Origin: Macrostomum lignano
Lineage: Eukaryota
Direction of reading: 5' to 3'
Length of the DNA: 64,000 bases
NCBI GenBank assembly: GCA_002269645.1
Contig: NIVC01001962.1
Span: 1-64,000, forward strand
The position numbers and the translations under genes were made by a program. Under the pieces are notes generated by a model. That model searched no databases. It saw only the letters and a list, made by a program, of their open reading frames with translations, and had not been told where the DNA came from. Within the stretch, counting starts at the first letter, position 1; each line of letters opens with the position of its first letter. Of this stretch, positions 1-11,800 are shown in pieces.

Positions 1-264
1 TTGTCTATGGTTGCTGAGTCTATGGAGCAAACACACAGGGCTATTTACACACTTGCTGCCGGCAACAAAAACAGATGGCGTCCTGAATTTAAAACGAAGA
101 GTAATTCTCAATAGCGAGTCGCGCCGCCCTGTGCACGAATTACAGCTTCGCAGCTTACAGCTTACAGTTTTGGCCATAGACTAATGTTAGCCAGGCTGAA
201 CACTGCGCGCAAACCGATTCCTTCCCATGTGTGTTTGCTCCATAGACTCAGCAACCATAGACAA
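1..264. mobile_element. MITE-like element with 37-bp perfect terminal inverted repeats (left end may be cut by the window edge)
   Basis: 1-37 ttgtctatggttgctgagtctatggagcaaacacaca is the exact reverse complement of 228-264. There is no coding capacity between the arms. The TSD cannot be assessed at the edge. Confidence 0.7.
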
Positions 265-823
265 TTGCTTGTTTGTCTTTTCCTCACTTTTTTTCTCTAA
301 CCTTTATGTACATAACACTGGCCTGTTCACACGCGCTCCTTCGAATAAACTTTTTTTGACCACATCATGGAGCTGAGATCCGCAGCTTTCATTTGAATCA
401 AGTTACAATTGAAACGGACTGAAATTATGTCCACTAGAAGACATCGTAGCAAGGGTTCCGAACTTTTGACGGACAGTATATATACCCATCAGCTATATAT
501 GGAATATTCTAGAAATAGAAAATATTAGAAAGTTTAGAAAATATTGCACCGCCCCAACCGACCTTATGTGTTTCAACTATATAAATATAGAAAATTTGTT
601 ACGGGGTCAACTGACCCCAAGAACCCACAATATAATAAGTTCTCTTGGTGAACTCGCTTATAAAAAATAAGAACTACGAGGCTTATACGGTTGAATACCT
701 TCAAAAAAATAATTATCCTAACATCTGGTTGTTTTAACATAACATTTAGTATGATTTTGTTCTAACTAAAGATACCGTTGGGGTCCAATGGACCCCAAAA
801 TCTTTCGAGGGCTAGTCTAGACT

Positions 824-1096
824 CTAAGAGCAGTGAGTGGAAGTCACCAACCCGCTTTCGGACGTCATTAGCTCGTTGATGTGGCTTCGAAGAATCTGGA
901 GCGTGGTCAGGTTGAGGAACTGGCAAGCTGTAGGCGGCGTGCTACAGCCGGCAGGTGTCGTGGAGACCAGGTGGAACCGGTGGCACCAGTCGGTGTTGCT
1001 AGGACAGACGGTCTGACTGCAACTACCTTCAGCCACGTAGACAACCGAGGCCGAGGCGAGAAGCAGCAGCAGCAGCAATGCCCCTGGCTGCGACAT
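824..1096 (-). CDS. Putative small secreted Cys-rich protein (90 aa, single exon)
   Basis: ATG at 1096 gives MSQPGALLLLLLLASASVVYVAEG, a signal-peptide-like stretch with a hydrophobic core and A-E-G cleavage context. The mature region has 6 Cys and the stop TAG is at 826-824. No recognisable family. Confidence 0.5.
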   Translation of the reverse strand: MSQPGALLLLLLLASASVVYVAEGSCSQTVCPSNTDWCHRFHLVSTTPAGCSTPPTACQFLNLTTLQILRSHINELMTSESGLVTSTHCS

Positions 1097-2710
1097 TGCC
1101 TGATCGAATTTAGACAATTTGGACAATCGACAGCAAAAGTTTTATGTCAACTGGTAGGCCAGCTAAGCTTTTCAGGTGAGTTGGGAAGCGAAAAGCGAGG
1201 TGCGTCGCCTGCGATCCGCTTTTTAAAGCTTTCAGCGCACCGTCGCCTATAGGCCAGGGTTTGGGGCGGTTCCAACACGGCGATTCTGGCCTCCATCAGC
1301 TCTTAGCGAAAGCGGAGATGAGACTGCGAGTCTGAAACTGCAATCCATTCAGCTCCGGGGTGGCATTGTTTGCTCAGAGTCAAATTTTGGCCTGCAACGG
1401 ATCCTCTCCCACCCCTAACATCGCCCCGCAGTTCTGCTTTCGATGTTGCTAGGCACCAAAGGAAGCTGAGACAGAAACCGAGCGCTCTCTACTCTCAAGC
1501 AAGCGAGGAAGAGGTCCTGTATTTGCCCTGAGCGATGATCTGTGGGAATAGATTGCAAAAAAATTGTCTTTTCTGTGAAACAAACTGCTTTCGGAACTGG
1601 GACGGGAGTTTGCGAGTTTCATGCAGTAGTTAGCCAGACTTTTTGACTTCCTGAAAGTTGCCTGTCTGGCTGTTTTCCCTTTAACTGAGATGTCACTGAG
1701 ATGTCGTCTCCCTCGTAAAAAATCCGTGAAATGGATTCTCTATTTTTTTGCTGGTAAGCAGGGGCCCAGCGGAAATGTAATTTTGCCCAGGCTGTAAACT
1801 CAAAATGAAGCCAAAACAGGTAAGCGGGTACTCAAACTTCTTTTATTGGCGAAATTTAATTTTTTCCCCAAAATCGGCGACTGTGTTGCAGATTTGGCTG
1901 GGAAAAACACCCACCCGCTGCAGCTGACGCCTCCTGTTTTGCTTCGGGAAAATTCATCCATGCACTCAGTGAAATGTTGACAGCAGCGCCCTGTCTCTCT
2001 CAACATTCATTATTTTCAATGGGATTTTTCGCACGTTTCTACACTGGAGCAATCGTCTGTTTCATATCCGGGCTACACAGCCAGCTTTCAAACGGCATTG
2101 CAGCTCCCTCTCGGCCTCTGGCAAATTGATAAAAGCCTGCAGTGGGTTTTAGCTGGCGACAGGCTGGAAACTGAAAAAGCTTTTTGTCCTGAAATCACCT
2201 GACACTCCGGCAGCTGCTTCGTTCCCAAATCGTCTATCCCCTCCCCGTCTCCCTGCCGGATCTAACCAGCCACCCACCCAGCGCACTAGAAGAAGCAGGA
2301 CTCGGTAGCTGAGCAATCAGCAATTATTTGAGCCGGGTAGAGAGTCTACACAGTAAAATTTAGAATAGCATTTCCCAGTCGATTCATGGAGGCAAGGCAT
2401 TAGACTGTACAGCGGCTCAGTAGGTATGCTCACTTCCAATGAGGGCTAGACCTCATGGCTGCTTGTCGAATTCATGGACAACTAAAAGTTCAGTTTTCTC
2501 TGTCTCCCTAGTGTACGTATCTACGTGTATGCGAAGATTGAAACCTAAACTTTATGGTAGGCAACTAGAAAATTTTTGCCAACATAGAAGCCAACTAATA
2601 TTGTGTGAGCTGCCTGTTAGAAGTTTTGCAAACTCCAGCCAATCCTCAGATGATTGACGAGAGCGAAAATACACTGTTATCGATTGAGCGACTGGCTGAA
2701 TGAAGATATC

Positions 2711-2834
<124 letters not shown>

Positions 2835-3410
2835 GAAGTATTCCATGCTGGCATACCGGGAATTAGCGACATCAGTTTAATCCCAGCTAAAAGCGATTCA
2901 CTCTACTATTAGTAGTATTGACTGAATAGGAAAAAACGGCGTTAAATTATTTTGCCGTAAACAGTTAATTGCCTTGAAGCCTAACAGAAAAATGCGAAAA
3001 GTTCCGAATTCATTTCTTTCAACTGTACCAAGAATAAAATTGCTGCGATTGGCATGGAGGCCATTTCTTTACCCCAAGACACAGCATGCATACTACTCTG
3101 TCTGCACTGAGCACAAAGTCTATTCATTTGATACATACAATTATTCCCTACTGTTGGGAGTGACTCTCTGTTTCAATTTTTAATCTTCTTCTTACGATTT
3201 CAATACGAATGCTCTGGCACCCGAATACCCCGTTGAAGGTATTTGAAGCTCAATCAAATTTATTAAATCAATAAAAGGTACTAAAAATGAGCGTCTACTG
3301 AGTTTAGACCACTGATTCGTTTTATATGTGGGGCCTCATTCTGCAAGTATTTGACTGAGGTGCAATCGACGCCCTATTTGAAGTGTCTGGGTCGTAGCCT
3401 AATTGTTAAC

Positions 3411-5270
3411 TCTCAGATGACACGCCTAGTTCTCAGATGACGTGCCTAGTTCTCAGATGACGTGCCTAGTTCTCAGATGACGTGCCTAGTTCTCAGATGA
3501 CACGCCTAGTTCTCAGATGACGTGCCTAGTTCTCAGATGACGTGCCTAGTTCTCAGATGACACGCCTAATTCTCAGATGACGCGCCTAATTCAATAGAGA
3601 TGCCTAATTCTCAAATGACGTGCCTAATTCTCAGATGACGCGCCTAATTCAATAGAGATGCCTAATTCTCAAATGACGTGCCTAATTCTCAGATGACGCG
3701 CCTAATTCAATAGAGATGCCTAATTCTCAAATGACGTGCCTAATTCTCAGATGACGCGCCTAATTCAATAGAGATGCCTAATTCTCAAATGACGTGCCTA
3801 ATTCTCAGATGACGTGCCTAATTCTCAGATGACGTGCCCAATTCTCAGATGACGTGCCTAATTCAATACAGACGCCTAATTCTTAGATGACGCGCCTAAT
3901 TCAATACAGACGCCTAATTCTCAGATGACGTGCCTAATTCAATACAGACGCCTAATTCTTAGATGACGCGCCTAATTCAATACAGACGCCTAATTCTCAG
4001 ATGACGTGCCTAATTCAATACAGACGCCTAATTCTTAGATGACGCGCCTAATTCAATACCGACGCCTAATTCTCAGATGACGCGCCTAATTCAATACAGA
4101 CGCCTAATTCTCAGATGACGTGCCTAATTCAATACAGACACCTAATTCTCAGATGACGCGCCTAATTCAATACAGACACCTAATTCTCAGATGACGCGCC
4201 TAATTCAATACAGACACCTAATTCTCAGATGACGCGCCTAATTCAATACAGACGCCTAATTCTCAGATGATGCGCCTAATTCAATACAGACACCTAATTC
4301 TCAGATGACGCGCCTAATTCAATACAGACACCTAATTCTCAGATGACGCGCCTAATTCAATACAGACACCTAATTCTCAGATGACGCGCCTAATTCAATA
4401 CAGACACCTAATTCTCAAATGACGTGCCTAATTCTCAGATGACGTGCCTAATTCAATACAGACGCCTAATTCTCAGATGACGCGCCTAATTCAATACAGA
4501 CGCCTAATTCTCAGATGACGTGCCTAATTCAATACAGACACCTAATTCTCAGATGACGCGCCTAATTCAATACAGACACCTAATTCTCAGATGACGCGCC
4601 TAATTCAATACAGACACCTAATTCTCAGATGACGTGCCTAATTCAATACAGACGCCTAATTCTCAGATGACGCGCCTAATTCAATACAGACACCTAATTC
4701 TCAGATGACGTGCCTAATTCAATACAGACACCTAATTCTCAGATGACGTGCCTAATTCAATACAGACGCCTAATTCTCAGATGACGCGCCTAATTCAATA
4801 CAGACGCCTAATTCTCAGATGACGTGCCTAATTCAATACAGACACCTAATTCTCAGATGACGCGCCTAATTCAATACAGACACCTAATTCTCAGATGACG
4901 CGCCTAATTCAATACAGACGCCTAATTCTCAGATGACGCGCCTAATTCAATACAGACGCCTTATTCTCAGATGACGCGCCTAATTCAATACAGACACCTA
5001 ATTCTCAGATGACGTGCCTAATTCAATACAGACACCTAATTCTCAGATGACGCGCCTAATTCAATACAGACACCTAATTCTCAGATGACGCGCCTAATTC
5101 AATACAGACACCTAATTCTCAGATGACGCGCCTAATTCAATACAGACGCCTAATTCTCAGATGATGCGCCTAATTCAATACAGACACCTAATTCTCAGAT
5201 GACGCGCCTAATTCAATACAGACGCCTTATTCTCAGATGACGCGCCTAATTCAATTCAGACGCCTAATTC
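3411..5270. repeat. Minisatellite with 20-bp monomer (cctagttctcagatgacgtg) and 58-bp and 38-bp higher-order units
   Basis: Period is 20 at 3411-3580, 58 (20+18+20) at ~3580-3810, then 38 (cctaattctcagatgacgcg + cctaattcaatacagaca) to ~5270. Confidence 0.95.
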
Positions 5271-5830
5271 TCGGTTGGGATGTCTATAGTTCTCAAGATA
5301 GCGATTTAGACCAAAAGATAAAATTATTATGCTGCTCAAAGACATACGACTAATGCACGAAAAGTGAAATTGCATGGGAAAGATATTTCCCAATTAATCC
5401 TATCAAGATGTATCCATTTACACAGACACCGCGCACTGCAATTCACGGCTACTTTGATAGCATTGAAGGTCACGTTGGACACCGACTTGCAGCTCCGTGT
5501 CGGTCGGTCTCAAAACTGATATTCTTTCCTGCAGCTTCTCTCTCCCCTCCTGATCGATCGACAACAGCATGGCGAATCCCGGCTCTCAGAGGCGCCTCCG
5601 CCCTCCTGAAAACGCCTTGACCAATGAATTTCAGCCTGGAGCAGCTTAATCAGCTCTTCTGCGGTTGCTCCTACGTTTTTCAAACAGCAATAGCATTTCC
5701 GCCTCCTCCTTGAATTAAGTCTCAAAAAAGGCAGAGTTCACTTTCTCTGCGGTGTTTTAAAGAACAGAGTTCGATTTGAGCTGACGGCAAGTTGGCTCAG
5801 CAACAGCAGCAGCCGCAGCAGCCGCCTCCC

Positions 5831-8800
5831 ATGGGCGTCCCAGGCACCCCTGTGTCCGGAGCTACGGCAGCCACGGCTCGACTACGTCGCCTTGACGTCG
5901 CCCTTGACAACGCAGCCGGTCTGTTCTCTCCGGGAGACTCGGTGGCCGGCCACGTCTGCTGCGACTTCGTAGAAGATGCGAGGGTTCACGGTGTGTCCCT
6001 CTCTGTTCTGCCTTCTTCCTAATCCCTGACCTTAAAGATCCCCTGTAGTTTCCCTGGCTTCCCAATTCTCTGTAGCTTCCCTGACCTCAAAGATCCCCTG
6101 TAGTTTCCCTGGCTTCCCAATTCTCTGCAGCTTCCCTGACCTCAAAGATCCCCTGTAGTTTCCCTGGCTTCCCAATTCTCTGTAGCTTCCCTGACCTCAA
6201 AGATCCCCTGTAGTTTCCCTGGCTTCCCAATTCTCTGTAGCTTCCCTGACCTCAAAGATCCCCTGTAGTTTCCCTGGCTTCCCAATTCTCTGCAGCTTCC
6301 CTGACCTTAAAGATCCCCTGTAGTTTCCCTGGCTTCCCAATTCTCTGCAGCTTCCCTGACCTCAAAGATCCCCTGTAGTTTCCCTGGCTTCCCAATTCTC
6401 TGCAGCTTCCCTGACCTCAAAGATCCCCTGTAGTTTCCCTGGCTTCCCAATTCTCTGCAGCTTCCCTGACCTCAAAGATCCCCTGTAGTTTCCCTGGCTT
6501 CCCAATTCTCTGCAGCTTCCCTGACCTCAAAGATCCCCTGTAGTTTCCCTGGCTTCCCAATTCTCTGCAGCTTCCCTGACTTTAAAGATCCCCTGTAGTT
6601 TCCCTGGCTTCCCAATTCTCTGCAGCTTCCCTGACCTCAAAGATCCCCTGTAGTTTCCCTGGCTTCCCAATTCTCTGTAGCTTCCCTGACCTCAAAGATC
6701 CCCTGTAGTTTCCCTGGCTTCCCAATTCTCTGTAGCTTCCCTGACCTCAAAGATCCCCTGTAGTTTCCCTGGCTTCCCAATTCTCTGCAGCTTCCCTGAC
6801 CTCAAAGATCCCCTGTAGTTTCCCTGGCTTCCCAATTCTCTGCAGCTTCCCTGACCTCAAAGATCCCCTGTAGTTTCCCTGGCTTCCCAATTCTCTGTAG
6901 CTTCCCTGACCTCAAAGATCCCCTGTAGTTTCCCTGGCTTCCCAATTCTCTGCAGCTTCCCTGACCTTAAAGATCCCCTGTAGTTTCCCTGGCTTCCCAA
7001 TTCTCTGCAGCTTCCCTGACCTCAAAGATCCCCTGTAGTTTCCCTGGCTTCCCAATTCTCTGCAGCTTCCCTGACCTCAAAGATCCCCTGTAGTTTCCCT
7101 GGCTTCCCAATTCTCTGCAGCTTCCCTGACCTCAAAGATCCCCTGTAGTTTCCCTGGCTTCCCAATTCTCTGCAGCTTCCCTGACCTCAAAGATCCCCTG
7201 TAGTTTCCCTGGCTTCCCAATTCTCTGCAGCTTCCCTGACTTTAAAGATCCCCTGTAGTTTCCCTGGCTTCCCAATTCTCTGCAGCTTCCCTGACCTCAA
7301 AGATCCCCTGTAGTTTCCCTGGCTTCCCAATTCTCTGTAGCTTCCCTGACCTCAAAGATCCCCTGTAGTTTCCCTGGCTTCCCAATTCTCTGTAGCTTCC
7401 CTGACCTCAAAGATCCCCTGTAGTTTCCCTGGCTTCCCAATTCTCTGCAGCTTCCCTGACCTCAAAGATCCCCTGTAGTTTCCCTGGCTTCCCAATTCTC
7501 TGCAGCTTCCCTGACCTTAAAGATCCCCTGTAGTTTCCCTGACTTTCCAATTCTCTGCAGCTTCCCTGACCTTAAAGATCCCCTGTAGTTTCCCTGGCTT
7601 CCCAATTCTCTGCAGCTTCCCTGACCTCAAAGATCCCCTGTAGTTTCCCTGGCTTCCCAATTCTCTGCAGCTTCCCTGACCTCAAAGATCCCCTGTAGTT
7701 TCCCTGGCTTCCCAATTCTCTGCAGCTTCCCTGACCTTAAAGATCCCCTGTAGTTTCCCTGGCTTCCCAATTCTCTGCAGCTTCCCTGACCTCCCTTCAA
7801 AATCTGTAAACTCAAATTTCCAAAATAGTTAACACTTCCCGAAATATTCTCCTCTCGCCAAGCCAAATAGAGCTTTATTCTCGGCTGAGCTTTAAGAAAG
7901 TTGTCTCGATTCGGTGTGGACCTGGGCTTCTTGTGGCTGCAGTTGCTCTAGCAGGCAGGGGAAGCTGCGCTAGTAATATCAGATTTACATATAAGTAAAG
8001 CTATAAAGTAAGTGAAAACCATTGCAGAGTTGGCAAACACAATTTCGGACACGCAGTTTGCAGGGACGAACTGCGCGTCTGCATGGCTCTGTAAAAATGA
8101 TTTACGCGAGGCCCGCCCGAGTCACCAGCTCTCTGCTGGGAATGAGTTATTTTGGTCGGAATTTCCCTAAGGATTTGGCTGCTTGCGATGGAAAGCGCTT
8201 GGTTTCTTCTAGGGGCATTTTTCTTGAGCCCTTACGCAGAGTGTTCTTGCGGACAATGCACCGTGTTTCTCAAGGAAAGCAAAGCTTCCTGGGATTCGCT
8301 AGGCTCTGGAGAGAACTCGTCAGTCTCAGTCTCGGTGTCTGAGTCTCCCAGGTACTGGAGACCGGCTTTGCTTGAATCTGCAGGAGAGAATCGATATCTT
8401 GCTGCACCTGCCGGGACAGGGAGAAAGAGCCGCTGTGCGCTCTCATTAGGCCCGGCTTGAATAGTTAATGAGGGAAAGAGAACACAGGGAGAGATTGGGA
8501 AAGAAAGGAGGTGCTTGTTGCCAAAAATTCCCACTATAGCGGCCATTAGGCCATTAGGGGGGGGGCGAGTGAAGAGGTTGAACGAAGATGCAGCTGGAAA
8601 AGAAGGGAGCAGGTGGAGCAACTGGAAGGTATAAATATTTGTTGCAGTGAGAAATGCTTTGCTCTAAAATTCACTTAAATAGCTAGCGCGTGATTCCCAT
8701 TTATGTTCGTTTCTACAGATGAAATTTCACAGAGCCACTTGTTTGGAACAAAAATAGTTCGTATGAAATCGGCTAGGAATGGAAGTTTAAATGAGACTAA

Positions 8801-11800
8801 AATTATAAACAACAGAAAACTGATAAAAGACATTTCCTGGGTGCTGTGTGTGCAAACCGAACCAACCGGTGGGTCGCCATCACAAACTCAAACAATCACA
8901 ACTCCGAAAACCAAAATAGCTCGTAGCAACACCCATCGTAAACCCTAAATATCATAACCCCGAAAGTTCTAGCAGTGTCCAATGCTATTTTCGGGTTTAT
9001 GATATTTCGTGTTTGTGATATTTCGGGTTTGTGATATTTCGGGTTTATGATATTTCGGGTTCATGATATTTCGGGTTTATGATATTTCGGGTTTATGATA
9101 TTTCGGGTATTGTGATATTTCGGGTTTATGATATTTCGGGTTTATGATATTTCGGGTATTGTGATATTTCGGGTTTATGATATTTCGGGTTTGTGATATT
9201 TCGAGTTTATGATATTTCGGGTTTATGATATTTTGGGTATTGTGATATTTTGGGTATTGTGATATTTCGGGTTTGTGATGGAAAGAGCTTTTCGGAGTTA
9301 TGATTTTTCGGGTTTGTGATGCCCCCCACGTCAGTTAGCCTTCTTGTAAATCAAATTCTGATTCAAGGGCCTCTTTGATCGAACCCAGCTTGAAGAAAAT
9401 TTCTGACCCTGATGGGCACACTGACTGTGGTCTGAGCTGTGCATTATTTAGCAACTGATTGCTCACGATAATTGAAGGGAGGCCCAGCCTGAGGTGGGAC
9501 TGAAGACTGCACGGCTCACTGGGTATCCATTGTATTCGCATGTAGAACGCATTGTGGGGCCGAACAATTGCGGCGCCAATATTGGCGTGAGAGCAGATGA
9601 AGCGATGCACGAATTCAATCTCTGGGAGCCACTAGCCGACCCCCTCCCCCCGACCCGCAGGCTGTCGCATTGTATTCACCGGGCAGGCCGAGGTCTCCTG
9701 GGTTGAGGCCCGGCAGAAGGACGCCTCGCAACCCGAGACAGTGGTCGGGCGGCAGACCCTGTTCCAGTGCTGCAGCCAGCTGTTTGGGAAAGGTAAAAAG
9801 CACTTTTAAACCGTTCATAATAATAGTAATAACTGATTACACCTGCCTTAATTGGGCCAGATGTGCAACCGACAGCTCAGCCGCAGCTATTGCGCGGCGC
9901 ATATGAAGGCTGCTTACGGCTGTTCAGTCCAAGGACTGGGTGGTCGCCACACACACCCTCAATCACCCCAGCTAATGCTGGCACCCATTTTACAGCTGGG
10001 TGAACTGAAGCAATGCAGAGTTAAGTGTCTTGCTCAAGGACACAAATTGTTCCAGCGGGATCGGGAATCGAACCCCGACTTTCAAGTCGTGAGTCAGAAG
10101 CTCTGACCACTAGGTTACAACCCCGTCCGTTCAGCAACACCGACTGTCAGTTTTAATGCGATTTAAACTGAACAGGAACCTGAGCAAAATTGAAGAAAAC
10201 TTCTACTCAGTGGCTGAGTTCTTAGCGGTGAGCATTGGAGAGACTTTCACTCCCTTAGCCTGCTCTGCACTTTTACTCCATCGCGCCCGGCCCCGCCCAC
10301 AGAAGGCCACTCTCTAGCGAAGCGGAAAATCCGCATTGAAGCATAACTTTCCTCGATGGCTGATTATCACCATATCTGCTTATCGGAGAAGGCCGGCCGG
10401 CCCCAACTCAAGTTAGAAGACCATCTTAGCCTCTTCTGAGTTCCACTTTGATGACTTCCATGCGCAGTGCATAAATTGTATATCGTACAAGTGTAGTTCT
10501 GTCCTCAAGCTCCAGTTTGAGCAATACAACTTCTAGTATGAAAGAAAACCCACCGAGATGCTGCACAAGGATCCTGACTCAACGCCACTTTCAAAGTGCA
10601 GAATATGCGAGCATGGAACACTTCTACTCAATCGTCGTGTTAAGTGCTTCAGCTTGAAGCGCATGAAACTCTTTTTTTGCTCCATGTGGCTTCCCCCGAG
10701 ACTGACAACACTGCACCGCCAGACCAGATAGAAAATGCAGGAGCTAAAAGCCAGGCGACTCTCCTTACTGTGCGTGGCCCCTGGAACAAAATGGAATACT
10801 CGTTCGTCATCAGAGCTAGCGTAGAGAAGTTCCCCAATCTCCCGTCTCCCATTTCCAAGGCCCGGACGAGAAGGCATCCCAGCCAGGCCACCTGATCCGA
10901 GCCGGATTTCACCAGTTCCGGTTTCACTTCCAACTGCCGGAGAGACTGCCTTCGTCATTTGAGCACTTCTCCGACACTGGCCGGGTGAAGGCCAGAGTTG
11001 CCTACTGTCTGCGCGTTGATCTGGAGAATTCCTGGCGAACTGCGGGACACAGCCGGGAGCGACGTATCCTGGTTCTGCGATCCCGCGACCTGAACCGCTG
11101 CAAGAGTCTGACTGTGAGTTGCCCGCGTGTTTTGACAGGCGGGGCTGTGCATGTTGGAAAAGTACAGACTATTGAGTTTATGAATGAATCTGGTTGTCGA
11201 TGTCAGCAAAATGAAAATTTCGGCTTTGGGGAAAAATTGAATTTTTCTCAGCACAAAGGACGCAAAAGAGATCATAGGCAGGATATAATTCAGCCCAATT
11301 CAGACGCAGGAAAATGTTCAGAATGTAATTACCTCCGGTCAATGAGTACAGCACGATCTTAATACAATGCCGTTGCTTCTATTCAAAAGGAGGGCGTTAG
11401 CCTGAAAAAGGACGCGATCGTGACTTGCTGTTGCTGCATCAGCAAGGGCCGAATTCGCTGCGAGCTGTCCCTGCCGAGGTCTGGCTACGTGCCGGGCGAG
11501 ACCATGGACATCGGTATGCAGGTGGTCAACGGCTCCTCCGCCTGCGTCGACAGCACGCATATCACGTTCCAGCAGCGACTGGTTCTCAAAGCCGGCCAGC
11601 GGTCTCACACTGCTAGCGCCCTGATCTTCAGCATCTCCGGGCAGCGCGTGCGGCCAGGTGCGTCCGGGTTTTATCACGACGTCATTCACGTGCCGCCGCT
11701 GCCGCCGACAGGCCGACACTGCTGCCAAGTGCTCAGCATTGAGTACGTAGTGCAGGTGAGTGAGTGGCCGCATAAATTTACCCTGTGCAAACAAATACGA

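Noticed and set aside
603-815. Palindromes ggggtcaactgacccc (603-618) and ggggtccaatggacccc (780-796), reminiscent of piggyBac-type subterminal motifs
   Set aside because: No matching left terminus or TTAA TSD could be found, so no element is called.
8022-8621. ORFs in arrestin intron 1, and 10644..10895 in intron 2, as extra exons
   Set aside because: The six-exon model already gives a complete in-phase arrestin fold, and these ORFs show no family motifs.
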